Shown here one piece after another: positions 36,513 to 46,664 of a DNA stretch of 64,000 bases. The DNA lies in NCBI GenBank assembly GCA_031385445.1, contig JANNBM010000024.1:1616-65615 (forward strand). Reading direction: 5' to 3'. The first letter of the stretch is position 1; each line of letters begins with the position of its first letter. The notes under the pieces are model-generated. The model saw only the letters and a program-made list of their open reading frames with translations, made no database searches and was not told the origin of the DNA. The position numbers and the translations under genes are program-made. Source of the stretch: Paracoccaceae bacterium. GTDB taxonomy: Bacteria; Pseudomonadota; Alphaproteobacteria; Rhodobacterales; Rhodobacteraceae.

Positions 36513-37691
36513 ATGGCGTTTCCAGAGCGGTTTTCGAACCTGCCGGACTATGCGTTTCCGCGTTTGCGGAAGCTTTTGGACCCGCACGCCTCTGGCGGCG
36601 ACCCCATCGTCATGACCATCGGCGAGCCTCGCCACCCGATGCCGGACTTCGTGGCCGAGGTGGTGAATCAAAACCTGGCAGGTTTCAGCCTTTATCCGCC
36701 AAATGACGGCGCGCCAGAGCTGCTGGATGCCATCTGCGGCTGGCTTAAACTGCGCTATGGCGTTGATATTGCTGCGGATCGCACGATGAACCTGAACGGC
36801 ACGCGCGAAGGGTTGTTCAACGCCTGCATCGCGATGTGCCCAGAGAAAAAGAACGGCCAGACGCCGATTGTGCTGATGCCGAACCCGTTTTATCAGGTCT
36901 ATGCCGTGGCCGCGCTGACCGTCGGGGCAGAGCCGATGTATGTGCCTGCGACCGCCGCCACCGGGTTTTTGCCCGATTACGCGGGCCTGCCCGGGGCCAG
37001 GCTTGACCGGGTTGCCATCGCCTATCTGTGCTCGCCCGCCAATCCGCAAGGCGCGGTGGCAAGCCCGGATTACCTGAAAACGTTGCTGGATCTGGCCGAA
37101 AAGCACGATTTCATCATTCTGGCCGATGAATGTTATTCCGAAATTTGGGCCGACACCGCCCCCACCGGCATTTTGCAGGTCGCGGACAAGATGGGCGCGA
37201 ACCCCGAGCGGGTGTTTGCGTTTCACTCGCTGTCCAAACGGTCCAACCTGCCGGGGCTTCGGTCAGGATTTGTGGCGGGCGGCGCGCAAGGCATCGCGCA
37301 GATGCGCAAACTGCGCAGCTTTGCCGGATCGCCGGTGCCCCTGCCGCTGCAGCGCGTCAGCGCAGCGGCGTGGCGGGACGAGGCGCATGTGAACGCTTCC
37401 CGCGCGCTGTACCACGAAAAATTCGCCTGCGCGAAAGCGGTGTTTCGGGGTATTCAAGGTTTTCAGCTTCCCCAAGGCGGCTTTTTCTTGTGGCTGCCGG
37501 TCGATAATGGCGAGGCCGCCACGCTGCGCCTGTGGCGCGAAACGGGCGTCAAGGTTTTGCCGGGGGCCTATCTTTCGCGCGATGTCGCGGGCGATAATCC
37601 GGGCAAAAATTACATAAGGGTCGCTTTGGTGGCCCCAATAGAAGAAACGCAGCGCGGGCTGACCATGCTCCGCGACTGCCTCTATCGGTGA
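36513..37691 (+). CDS. class I/II PLP-dependent aminotransferase
   Basis: 392 aa. N-terminal [16 protein letters not shown] and the PLP lysine region [17 protein letters not shown]. Confidence 0.85.
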   Translation: MAFPERFSNLPDYAFPRLRKLLDPHASGGDPIVMTIGEPRHPMPDFVAEVVNQNLAGFSLYPPNDGAPELLDAICGWLKLRYGVDIAADRTMNLNGTREGLFNACIAMCPEKKNGQTPIVLMPNPFYQVYAVAALTVGAEPMYVPATAATGFLPDYAGLPGARLDRVAIAYLCSPANPQGAVASPDYLKTLLDLAEKHDFIILADECYSEIWADTAPTGILQVADKMGANPERVFAFHSLSKRSNLPGLRSGFVAGGAQGIAQMRKLRSFAGSPVPLPLQRVSAAAWRDEAHVNASRALYHEKFACAKAVFRGIQGFQLPQGGFFLWLPVDNGEAATLRLWRETGVKVLPGAYLSRDVAGDNPGKNYIRVALVAPIEETQRGLTMLRDCLYR

Positions 37692-37702
37692 GGTTCAGGT
37701 CA

Positions 37703-40700
37703 ATGGCATCCTATCAGGCACGTCAGCGCGATCCGCTTTTGGATCAAGGCACAGCAGCGATGCTGGAACGGCGCGGGCGCGAATTGTTTGGCGCGGGGCT
37801 GGTGTTTCTCAGCTTTTGTACGGCGCTGATGCTGTGGAGTTACTCGCCCGAAGACCCGTCCTGGATGGTGGCCTCGGACAAGCCCATCGCCAATATCTTC
37901 GGCCATTTCGGGGCCTCGCTCGCCTCCACGATGATCCTGCTGGCGGGCAAGGGGTCTTGGGTGCTGCCGCTGATTGTCACGGTTTGGGGGATGCGGTTTG
38001 TGCTGCACCGCGGGGCGGAGCGGGTGCTGACCCGCTCGATCTTTTTGCCGCTCGCCGCCGCTGCGGCCTCTGTTTATGGCGCGACGCTGACCGCTGGTAC
38101 GGATTGGCCGCATTATTTTGGCCTTGGCGGGCTGTTTGGTGATACGTTTCTGGGTGTTCTGGTCAACGTTATGCCGCTGTCGCCCGAATTCGGGATCAAG
38201 GTGATGAGTCTGATCTTCGGCGTGGTGATGATTGGCGCGGCCCTGTTGATTGCGGGATTTACCAAGCCCGAAATGGCCACGATGGCGCGTTTTCTGACCA
38301 ATGGCGTGATCCTGACCTATGATTCCCTGCTGGGCGCGGCACAGAAGGGTGCGGCGGGGTCGCTGCGCGCGGGCATGGCTTTGCAGGAACGCCGCAGCGC
38401 CGCCACGGCGAACGCGGCGCAGCCCGGCGCTGCATCCTTTGCCGCCGCACAGCGCGCTGGCCTCGTGCGCCGCTCTGAACCTGTGGTCGAAACCGGCCCG
38501 CATACCAAACCCGACTGGGGCCGCGCCGCGCCTTTGCGTGCCGATACCCGCTATCCCGAACCCCTGTCCGAAGCCGCCGCCTATGCCGCCCCGCGGGAGC
38601 GGTCCGGCTTCATGGCGCTGATGCCCTCGGCGCTGCGCCGCGTCGTTCACCCCGAACCCGAATTGATCGACCGGCGCCTGTCCGATGAGGCCGAGCTGTT
38701 GATCGACCTGCCCGATGCCGACCGCATCAAATCGCGGATTTCCGATGCAGTGCGCCAGCGCAGCGGCATGCCCGCGCCAAACGCCCCCCCCTTGAACCCG
38801 ATTTCCGCCGCCATTGCGCGCCGCGAACCGGGCATGACCCGCCTCAGCAGCCCTGCGCCGCTGATCATGGGCGCGCGCCGCGCCGAGCCGCCGGTTTCCG
38901 CGTCGCTCGGCGCCGCCCAGTCGCTTGCCCCCGGCGGTCAGACGCCCGGTTTCACCTCGCGCCGCAGCGAAGGCGCGCAAACGTTAACCACAGACCGCGC
39001 CATCGCGGCCGACTGGGATGCGGATTATCACGCCGACATGGACGCCGATCTGGACGAGGCTGAAACCTTTACCCCTGGCCCCGACCTGCGCGCGCAAATT
39101 CCCGGCCCCGATCTGCGCCGCCCCGTGGTGCAAGCGGCCGCCCGCAAAGCCGCCGCGCCCTCGCGGCAGGCCATGGCCGAAGCCCAGCCGCGCCTGCGTT
39201 TCGATGATCCGACCCCGACTTATGATCTGCCACCCCTGTCTTTGCTGTCCAACCCCGCCAATATTCAGCGCAACACCCTGTCCAACGATGCGCTCGAAGA
39301 AAACGCGCGCATGCTGGAATCCGTGCTCGACGATTACGGCGTGCGCGGCGAGATCACCTCGGTCCGCCCCGGACCGGTGGTCACCATGTACGAGCTGGAA
39401 CCCGCCCCCGGCCTGAAAGCCAGCCGCGTCATCGGCCTGTCCGACGATATCGCGCGGTCTATGTCCGCCCTCAGCGCCCGCGTGTCCACCGTTCCGGGCC
39501 GCACCGTGATCGGGATCGAACTGCCCAACGCCGTGCGCGAAAAGGTGGTCCTGCGCGAAATCATCGCCGCGCGCGACTTTGGCGACAGCGCCATGCGGTT
39601 GCCGCTGGCCTTGGGTAAAGATATCGGCGGCGAGCCCATTATCGCCAACCTCGCCAAAATGCCCCACCTTTTGATCGCGGGCACCACGGGTTCGGGCAAG
39701 TCGGTGGCGATCAACACCATGATCCTGTCGCTGCTCTACAAACTCTCGCCCGAGGAATGCCGCCTGATCATGATCGACCCGAAGATGCTGGAACTGTCGG
39801 TCTATGACGGCATTCCGCATCTTCTGTCCCCGGTCGTGACCGACCCCAAAAAGGCGGTTGTCGCGCTGAAATGGGTGGTGGGCGAGATGGAGGAACGCTA
39901 TCGCAAGATGTCCAAGATGGGCGTGCGCAACATCGAGGGCTATAACGGCCGCGTGCGCGAGGCTTTGGCCAAGAACGAGATGTTCAAGCGCACCATTCAG
40001 ACCGGATTTGATGAAGATACCGGCGAGCCGGTGTTTGAAACGGACGAGTTCCAGCCGGTCGTGCTGCCCTATATCGTGGTGGTGGTGGACGAGATGGCCG
40101 ATCTGATGATGGTCGCCGGCAAGGAAATCGAAGCCTGTATTCAGCGCCTGGCGCAGATGGCGCGGGCAAGCGGCATCCACCTGATCATGGCCACGCAGCG
40201 CCCCTCGGTCGATGTGATCACCGGCACGATCAAGGCCAACTTCCCGACAAGGATCTCGTTTCAGGTCACGTCCAAGATCGACAGCCGCACCATTCTGGGC
40301 GAGCAGGGGGCTGAGCAACTGCTGGGCATGGGCGACATGCTGTATATGGCGGGCGGCGGGCGCGTTTCGCGGATCCACGGGCCGTTTGTGTCGGACGAAG
40401 AGGTCGAGGAAATCGTCAACCACCTGAAATCCTACGGTCCGCCGGTCTATATGTCGGGCGTGGTCGATGGACCCGAGGATGAGAACGCCGCCGAGATTGA
40501 CGCGGTTCTGGGGCTGGGCGCAGACGGCTTGGACGACAGCCTTTACGATCAGGCGGTGGCGATTGTGGCCAAGGACCGCAAATGCTCGACCTCCTATATC
40601 CAGCGCAAACTTGGCATCGGGTATAACAAGGCCGCCAAGTTGGTGGAGCAGATGGAAGAGCATTCGGTGATCACGGCGGCGAACCATGTGGGCAAGCGGG

Positions 40701-40723
40701 AGATTTTGATCGAGGAGCGGTGA
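37703..40723 (+). CDS. ftsK: DNA translocase FtsK
   Basis: 1006 aa from ATG 37703 (GAGG 9 nt upstream; GTG 37688 with a GTGA overlap is an alternative). Four N-terminal helices, a Pro/Ala-rich linker, a motor with Walker A GTTGSGKS, and a C-terminal gamma winged helix ([21 protein letters not shown]). Confidence 0.95.
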   Translation: MASYQARQRDPLLDQGTAAMLERRGRELFGAGLVFLSFCTALMLWSYSPEDPSWMVASDKPIANIFGHFGASLASTMILLAGKGSWVLPLIVTVWGMRFVLHRGAERVLTRSIFLPLAAAAASVYGATLTAGTDWPHYFGLGGLFGDTFLGVLVNVMPLSPEFGIKVMSLIFGVVMIGAALLIAGFTKPEMATMARFLTNGVILTYDSLLGAAQKGAAGSLRAGMALQERRSAATANAAQPGAASFAAAQRAGLVRRSEPVVETGPHTKPDWGRAAPLRADTRYPEPLSEAAAYAAPRERSGFMALMPSALRRVVHPEPELIDRRLSDEAELLIDLPDADRIKSRISDAVRQRSGMPAPNAPPLNPISAAIARREPGMTRLSSPAPLIMGARRAEPPVSASLGAAQSLAPGGQTPGFTSRRSEGAQTLTTDRAIAADWDADYHADMDADLDEAETFTPGPDLRAQIPGPDLRRPVVQAAARKAAAPSRQAMAEAQPRLRFDDPTPTYDLPPLSLLSNPANIQRNTLSNDALEENARMLESVLDDYGVRGEITSVRPGPVVTMYELEPAPGLKASRVIGLSDDIARSMSALSARVSTVPGRTVIGIELPNAVREKVVLREIIAARDFGDSAMRLPLALGKDIGGEPIIANLAKMPHLLIAGTTGSGKSVAINTMILSLLYKLSPEECRLIMIDPKMLELSVYDGIPHLLSPVVTDPKKAVVALKWVVGEMEERYRKMSKMGVRNIEGYNGRVREALAKNEMFKRTIQTGFDEDTGEPVFETDEFQPVVLPYIVVVVDEMADLMMVAGKEIEACIQRLAQMARASGIHLIMATQRPSVDVITGTIKANFPTRISFQVTSKIDSRTILGEQGAEQLLGMGDMLYMAGGGRVSRIHGPFVSDEEVEEIVNHLKSYGPPVYMSGVVDGPEDENAAEIDAVLGLGADGLDDSLYDQAVAIVAKDRKCSTSYIQRKLGIGYNKAAKLVEQMEEHSVITAANHVGKREILIEER

Positions 40724-40759
40724 GGGGGGGCGGATTCATGCCCCGACCCGCAAGTTCCG

Positions 40760-40783
40760 GTAGGGTGCGTGATTTCACGCACC
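40760..40783 (+). repeat. REP element copy 1
   Basis: GTAG followed by a perfect hairpin: GGTGCGTGA-TT-TCACGCACC. Confidence 0.8.
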
Positions 40784-40800
40784 GCTCCACCGCCACCATC

Positions 40801-40824
40801 GGTGCGTGAAATCACGCACCCTAC
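40801..40824 (-). repeat. REP element copy 2 (inverted relative to copy 1)
   Basis: Exact reverse complement of copy 1 apart from the loop (GGTGCGTGAAATCACGCACCCTAC), 17 nt from copy 1. The two form a convergent pair. Confidence 0.8.
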
Positions 40825-40878
40825 CGAAACTTCGGGGGGCAAGCACATCCGGTCACGTACCGCCTTGTTACCGGCAGC

Positions 40879-40901
40879 GGTGCGTGGATCACGCACCCTA
40901 C
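40879..40901 (-). repeat. REP element copy 3 (1-nt shorter loop)
   Basis: GGTGCGTGGATCACGCACCCTAC. It overlaps the rayT stop codon (TAG at 40900-40898). Confidence 0.7.
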
Positions 40902-41386
40902 CGAGGTCCACCGATGTCGCCCATCCGCAAATCGCGATGGACCGAGGAATAGGGCCAATCCTCCGGGCGCTTCACCAACCCATGCTTCACCGGGTTGATC
41001 CAGCAATAATTCACATGGGCCGATAGATCCGCCTCGTCCCGAAGGTGATGCTCCCAAAACCTGCGCTGCCAGATGCCGCGCTCATGCCGGGCGATGTGAC
41101 TGGGCCGCAAAGCGCCTTTGGGCATTGCACGCGAAAAGCGGGCTTTGATCAATCGCCAACGGGTCGAGAAATCGCCGTCGCCGCCGGGCAAGGTCCAGAC
41201 GCAATGCAGGTGATCGGGCAGGACCACCCAGGCGTTTATCTGAAATGGCCGCTCGGCCTTTGTCACGGCAACGGCCGCCCGCAAGTGATCAACGTGATCA
41301 AGCAACAACCGTGTACCCCGGTCTTGCAGGGCCACGGTGAAGAAAATGGCTGCTCCGGTGCACTGCGGGCGGGTGTAATTGGGCAT
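40898..41386 (-). CDS. REP-associated tyrosine transposase (RayT, IS200/IS605 Y1 family)
   Basis: 162 aa from ATG 41386 (MPNYTRP..IFFTVALQDR). HUH motif in VVLPDHLHCVW and the catalytic-Tyr region VNYCWINPVKHGLV. The longer ORF to 41761 merely reads through REP copies. Confidence 0.85.
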   Translation of the reverse strand: MPNYTRPQCTGAAIFFTVALQDRGTRLLLDHVDHLRAAVAVTKAERPFQINAWVVLPDHLHCVWTLPGGDGDFSTRWRLIKARFSRAMPKGALRPSHIARHERGIWQRRFWEHHLRDEADLSAHVNYCWINPVKHGLVKRPEDWPYSSVHRDLRMGDIGGPR

Positions 41387-41432
41387 GCACCACGGTGGCC
41401 CGGCCATGGTTAAATCAACGTTAAGTTTCGGG

Positions 41433-41456
41433 GTAGGGTGCGTGATTTCACGCACC
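41433..41456 (+). repeat. REP element copy 4
   Basis: GTAGGGTGCGTGATTTCACGCACC, identical to copy 1. Confidence 0.8.
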
Positions 41457-41462
41457 GCCCGC

Positions 41463-41487
41463 ATAGGCTGCGTGATTTCACGCATCC
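41463..41487 (+). repeat. REP element copy 5 (degenerate)
   Basis: ATAGGCTGCGTGATTTCACGCATCC. The 7-bp stem TGCGTGA/TCACGCA is retained, and ATAG replaces GTAG. Confidence 0.6.
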
Positions 41488-41534
41488 TCCCGTCTGCACT
41501 CAGGGGCTGACCGATCCGCCTCGCCGATGCGCGG

Positions 41535-43214
41535 TCAGAATTGCCCATGGCAGAACCAGCCGCCATTGATATCGGCCCCATGCGCGAAATACATCCAAAG
41601 CCGCTCGCCGGTCTGCACCTCGATGCGCCAGTAATCGCGCGGTCCGTTGCGCCAGTCGGGCATGTCAAACCACCATTCCGGCAAGATCCGCTCCGGGCCA
41701 AGCGCGACGCGGGTTTGCAGATCGCGGCGGCGCCAGCGGAACTGGGCCGGGGGCATGGCATCTTCGGGCGCGCTCACCGGTTCGGGCGCAAAAAGCTGCA
41801 GCGGCCTTGGCCCCGCCGGCGCCGGCCAGCGGCTGGGCCATGGCGCAGCCCAGGCGGCGGCCAGCGGCATCGACGCTTTTTCCGGCACATAGCTGTTGGT
41901 CGGGTGGGACCGGGTGACCGCATCGCTGCCCAGCCTCGCCCCCAGCTTGCCGATCAGATCGACCAGCGCCCCATCCTCGGCCAGCGTTCTGTCCTCGGCC
42001 AACAAAGACGGCGCGCTTTGCCGCGCCTCAACCGGGCCGCGATGCTGCACCGCGGACAGGGTTTCGGTCAGAACCGCCTCCAGCCGCAGGCAATCGATGC
42101 CAAAGCCGGGATCAATGCTATCATATTTCAGCGCCAGAAGCGGCCGCATCCGTTCGGCCTGCGCGGCGGGGCGGGCCAGCGTCACTTCGATCATCTGTAC
42201 CTGCCCGTCGCTGCGAAACGCCTGCAAACGCAGCCGCCGCGCGCCATGCCCGCGCGCCATCAGCCGCGCGCACAGCGGCGGCAACAGCCGCTCCACCCCG
42301 GCGGTGATATCTTCAAGCGTGCCGATCGGATCGGGAAAGGTCAGCCGCGCCGCGAAATGCAGCGGCGCGGTGGCGGGCGAGACGGGTTCGGGTTCAATCC
42401 CCAGCGCCTGATCCAGCCGCTTCACCGTATCCGCCCCAAAACGCCGCGCAATCGCAGCCCGGGGCAGGCCAAGGATATCGTCGATCCGGCGCAGGCCCAG
42501 CCGGGTAAAGCTTTCGATCACATCGGCGGGCAACCGCAGCGCGGCCAGCGGCAAAGGCGCCAGCGCCTGCCGCATCTGGCCTGCCGGGGCGATCACGCCT
42601 TGCGGAGGCATCGGCGCGCCCCGCCCCCCGGTCGGCAAAGGCCCGCCCCGTTCCCAATTGCGCCGCTTGGACGCGCGCGCGCGGGTTGCCCGCGCCTCTT
42701 GGGCAATGTCATCGCCGCTGCGCGCGCCAGATCCGCCGCCCTGCCCGGCAAACCGCGCCAGCGCCCAGGCCACGCCCGGCGTATCGCCCAAGCCCGCCCG
42801 GACCGACAACCCAAGCGCGGCGCAGTCGCCTTCGACCTGCACCAACAGCGCCTCTTCGCCGCCGAACAGATGGCTGCATCCGGTCAGATCAATGATCAGG
42901 CTTTCCGGCGTCTCTTCGGCCACCCAAGGGCTGAACTTTCCCGCCCAGCGCCGCAGATGCGTCAAAAACGCCGCCTCGCCCTGCGGATCGGCGGATTGGG
43001 TCACAAGACCCGGACACATCGCCATCGCGTCGTGCAGGGCCTGCCCCCGGCTTAGGCCCGCCGCCTCGGCCTCGTGGTTCAGCGACGACAAGAACAGCGC
43101 CCGCGCCCGGTCTTCGACCACCGCAAACGGCAGGTCCAGCGCATCCCGCCGCATACGCAGCGCGCGTTCCGCCGCAAGGCGGGGAAACCAAAGCGAAAGG
43201 ATTCGGCGGGCCAT
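41535..43214 (-). CDS. imuB: ImuB (Y-family-polymerase-like subunit of the SOS mutagenesis cassette)
   Basis: 559 aa. N-terminus MARRILSLWFPRLAAERALR and C-terminus ..DYWRIEVQTGERLWMYF..GGWFCHGQF are typical ImuB. An SOS box lies directly upstream. Confidence 0.85.
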   Translation of the reverse strand: MARRILSLWFPRLAAERALRMRRDALDLPFAVVEDRARALFLSSLNHEAEAAGLSRGQALHDAMAMCPGLVTQSADPQGEAAFLTHLRRWAGKFSPWVAEETPESLIIDLTGCSHLFGGEEALLVQVEGDCAALGLSVRAGLGDTPGVAWALARFAGQGGGSGARSGDDIAQEARATRARASKRRNWERGGPLPTGGRGAPMPPQGVIAPAGQMRQALAPLPLAALRLPADVIESFTRLGLRRIDDILGLPRAAIARRFGADTVKRLDQALGIEPEPVSPATAPLHFAARLTFPDPIGTLEDITAGVERLLPPLCARLMARGHGARRLRLQAFRSDGQVQMIEVTLARPAAQAERMRPLLALKYDSIDPGFGIDCLRLEAVLTETLSAVQHRGPVEARQSAPSLLAEDRTLAEDGALVDLIGKLGARLGSDAVTRSHPTNSYVPEKASMPLAAAWAAPWPSRWPAPAGPRPLQLFAPEPVSAPEDAMPPAQFRWRRRDLQTRVALGPERILPEWWFDMPDWRNGPRDYWRIEVQTGERLWMYFAHGADINGGWFCHGQF

Positions 43215-43222
43215 CGGTAAAT

Positions 43223-43237
43223 GTTCTCTTTTTGTTC
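43223..43237 (-). promoter_or_regulatory. alphaproteobacterial LexA (SOS) box GTTC-N7-GTTC
   Basis: GTTCTCTTTTTGTTC on the plus strand (GAAC-N7-GAAC on the imuB strand). It ends 8 nt upstream of the imuB ATG. Confidence 0.6.
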
Positions 43238-43390
43238 ACATTACCTATGTGAAAAAGAGGAGTCGAGAGCGCAAATCCGGGGGCAGGATGATGACAATCG
43301 CGTGAGAAACAAAAGATCAGACCAAAGAATGTTCGCGATCTGGCGCAGACGCGCAATAGTGATACCAGCATCAAAATGGGAAAGCGTGCC

Positions 43391-43825
43391 ATGAAAATCA
43401 GCTTGAAAATCGCCTTTGTCACCGCCGCATTTGCCGCAACCGCTGTTTATGCAGCCGAGCGCATCGATCCCAACTCTATTGCGCGCGGGCAAACCATGGG
43501 TGCCGTTGGCGGTGCGATGAAAACGCTTGGCGGCATGGCAGGCGGCGAAGTGGCGTTTGACGCCGCCGCCGCACAGGCCGCGAAAGACGCGCTGGTTGCC
43601 GCCGCCACCGGCGCAACCGCTGCCTTCATGACCCAAGGCGAAGCTGATCCGGCGTCCAAGGCCAAACCAGAGATCTGGACGAACTGGGACGATTTCGTGG
43701 TCAAGTCCACCGCGCTGACCAATGCGGCCACCGCGCTTGATGTGACGAGCGCTGAATCCATCGGCGCCGGAATGGGCGCGCTTGGCGGCGCCTGCAAGGC
43801 CTGCCACACCGCTTACCGCATGTAA
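43391..43825 (+). CDS. cycP: cytochrome c' (class II cytochrome c)
   Basis: 144 aa from ATG 43391. Signal peptide MKISLKIAFVTAAFAATAVYA, a four-helix-bundle-like sequence, and a C-terminal heme site CKACHTAYR. Confidence 0.85.
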   Translation: MKISLKIAFVTAAFAATAVYAAERIDPNSIARGQTMGAVGGAMKTLGGMAGGEVAFDAAAAQAAKDALVAAATGATAAFMTQGEADPASKAKPEIWTNWDDFVVKSTALTNAATALDVTSAESIGAGMGALGGACKACHTAYRM

Positions 43826-43907
43826 GACCGCCATCGCGCCATCGCGCCATGGCCCATTGCGCATCGCGGGATGGGAGACTGAACAAAATGAGCGCGTGAG
43901 CGGTCAG

Positions 43908-43936
43908 GGCGGCCCTTTGAAAGCACAAGGGCCGCC
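43908..43936. terminator. hairpin between convergent cycP and the I78 gene
   Basis: 10-bp stem GGCGGCCCTT / AAGGGCCGCC with a 9-nt loop. The U tracts are weak on both strands. Confidence 0.45.
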
Positions 43937-43988
43937 GTTATCCGCTGGGCGGCGCCCCGGATCGGGACCGTTCCATCCCTTGGGCGGT

Positions 43989-44300
43989 CTAGCCACAGAA
44001 AAACAGGCGGACAATCCCGTTCGAATCGACCCTGACATTCAATCTGCTAGGGCTTATATCGCCTTTCACCTTGTCCCCCGGACGAACGATCCGCAAATCC
44101 CCCGGAACGCGAAGTGTTGCCAAATCGGCAAAAGGCAACCCGACAAAGCTCTGCACATCCGCCGTCCCGCAGGTGTCTGAAAGCGCGGGCAGGATCACGC
44201 TGGGGCTTGCCAACAATACCACCGGAGCGGGCGCGGCAGTTCGGCACCCCAAAAGCGACAAACCAACAAGTAAAAACCAACCCCGCACATCCAGCCCCAA
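43989..44300 (-). CDS. I78 family peptidase inhibitor-like lipoprotein
   Basis: 103 aa with a lipobox-like LSLLGC. C..ADVQSFVGLP....LRIVRPGDKV..D.SPSRLNVRVDSNGIV.. matches my memory of the I78 pattern. Confidence 0.6.
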   Translation of the reverse strand: MGLDVRGWFLLVGLSLLGCRTAAPAPVVLLASPSVILPALSDTCGTADVQSFVGLPFADLATLRVPGDLRIVRPGDKVKGDISPSRLNVRVDSNGIVRLFFCG

Positions 44301-44451
44301 AGAATAGAGTTAAAGTTGGCGCAGATGTGGCATTTACCGCCGCCAAAGGCAAAACCCGACGCCCCTGCAGCGACCGATGACGATTCCAGCGTTGCAAATT
44401 TATGCGGCCTCCCGCATTTTCAGCTGAATTCGGGCATCGGAGGATTAACCC

Positions 44452-45582
<1,131 letters not shown>

Positions 45583-45624
45583 ACCCGAACCGCTTTGGCC
45601 TTTTGACGACGAAGGGAAAACGGA

Positions 45625-46068
45625 ATGGCGGGATTCATCGTGAACAGCGGCAACGCCCGAGGGCAGGTCTTTCGCGTCTTTGGCCAAACCGTGACCGAAA
45701 AGATCACGGCCGAGGATTCGGCGGGCGCGTCCTATGTGATGGAAGAAATATCGCCTCCGGGCACCGGAGTTCCGCCCCATCGCCATCAGCATGAAGATGA
45801 AGTCGTCCACATCCTTGAAGGCACATTCGAGGTGTTTCTGGACGGCGCGGTGTCCACCGTGCAGGCCGGGGCAATCCTGCATTTCCCGCGCGGCAGCCGT
45901 CACGGGTTTCGAAATATTGGCCCGGCGGATGGCCGCACGATCTGGTTCGTAACGCCCGGAGCGCCAACCCAAGCGCTGCTGCGCCATCTTTCAACTTTTC
46001 CCGAAGGTCCGCCGGATTTGGCCAAGCTGGCGGCATTGCACAAAGACTATGGCATCGATTTCCTGTAA
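45625..46068 (+). CDS. cupin domain protein
   Basis: 147 aa. Cupin motifs G.PPHRHQHEDEVVHILEG and LHFPRGSRHGFRN. Confidence 0.7.
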   Translation: MAGFIVNSGNARGQVFRVFGQTVTEKITAEDSAGASYVMEEISPPGTGVPPHRHQHEDEVVHILEGTFEVFLDGAVSTVQAGAILHFPRGSRHGFRNIGPADGRTIWFVTPGAPTQALLRHLSTFPEGPPDLAKLAALHKDYGIDFL

Positions 46069-46138
46069 AATCAGCGGCATCGTGGCTCTTGGCCCCCCCC
46101 TCTTGCATTTGTGCGGTTCCGGTTTTCAAGGCGAACAC

Positions 46139-46609
46139 ATGGCATCAACCCAAGCTCTGAAAGGTCTGGCGTCGCAGGGCATCGCCGTCACCCTGCATCC
46201 CTATGACTACGACCCCTTGGCCGACTCCGTTGGCCTGCAAGCGGCGGCGGCGATTGGCATCGACCCCGGGCTGATGCTGAAAACCTTGATGGTCGAGGTG
46301 GATGGCAAGCCCGCCTGCTGCGTGATTCCATCGGACCGTCAGCTGTCGATGAAGCGGGTCGCGGCGGCGTTTGGCGGCAAAGCGGCGGCGATGATGGCGG
46401 TCGCCACGGCGGAAAAGCTGACCGGATACAAGGTTGGCGGCATCTCGCCTTTCGGGCAAAAGCGCGCGGTGCCCACTGCGGTCGAGGCGACAGCAACTGC
46501 GGTCCCAAGGGTCTGGATCAACGCCGGGCAGCGCGGGCTTTTGCTTGGCATCGCGCCCGCGGATGCGCTCGCCAGTCTTGGCGCACGCGCTTTGCCCTTG
46601 ATCGCCTGA
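46139..46609 (+). CDS. ybaK: Cys-tRNA(Pro)/Cys-tRNA(Cys) deacylase YbaK
   Basis: 156 aa from ATG 46139. KTLMVEVDGKPACCVIPSDRQLSMKRVA and TGYKVGGISPFGQKR are YbaK/EbsC motifs. Confidence 0.8.
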   Translation: MASTQALKGLASQGIAVTLHPYDYDPLADSVGLQAAAAIGIDPGLMLKTLMVEVDGKPACCVIPSDRQLSMKRVAAAFGGKAAAMMAVATAEKLTGYKVGGISPFGQKRAVPTAVEATATAVPRVWINAGQRGLLLGIAPADALASLGARALPLIA

Positions 46610-46664
46610 CCCCCTTTCGCCCGCCCGCCACTTCGCGCAAACTGGCGCCAGCCGGAGGACACAA

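Larger units (their letters stand above)
40760..41487 (-). mobile_element. REPtron: rayT flanked by five REP hairpins
   Basis: Three REP copies lie on one side and two on the other side of an IS200/IS605-superfamily Y1 transposase gene. See the individual entries. Confidence 0.75.

Noticed and set aside
40594-41026. Apparent protein repeats (VREITHPT) in ORFs 40594-40911 and 40769-41026, and a CRISPR-like impression from the regularly recurring 24-mers.
   Set aside because: The peptide repeats are translated REP hairpins. The DNA repeats occur in both orientations with irregular spacing (17, 54 and 6 nt) and flank a RayT gene. This is a REP cluster, not a CRISPR array or a coding repeat.
43236-43252. 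TCACA-N7-TGTGA next to cycP as a CRP/FNR-type site, and TGAT-N6-ATCA at 43361-43374 as an FnrL box.
   Set aside because: CRP sites are TGTGA-N6-TCACA, the opposite half-site order. FNR sites are TTGAT-N4-ATCAA. Neither spacing nor orientation fits. The first is reported only as a palindrome.
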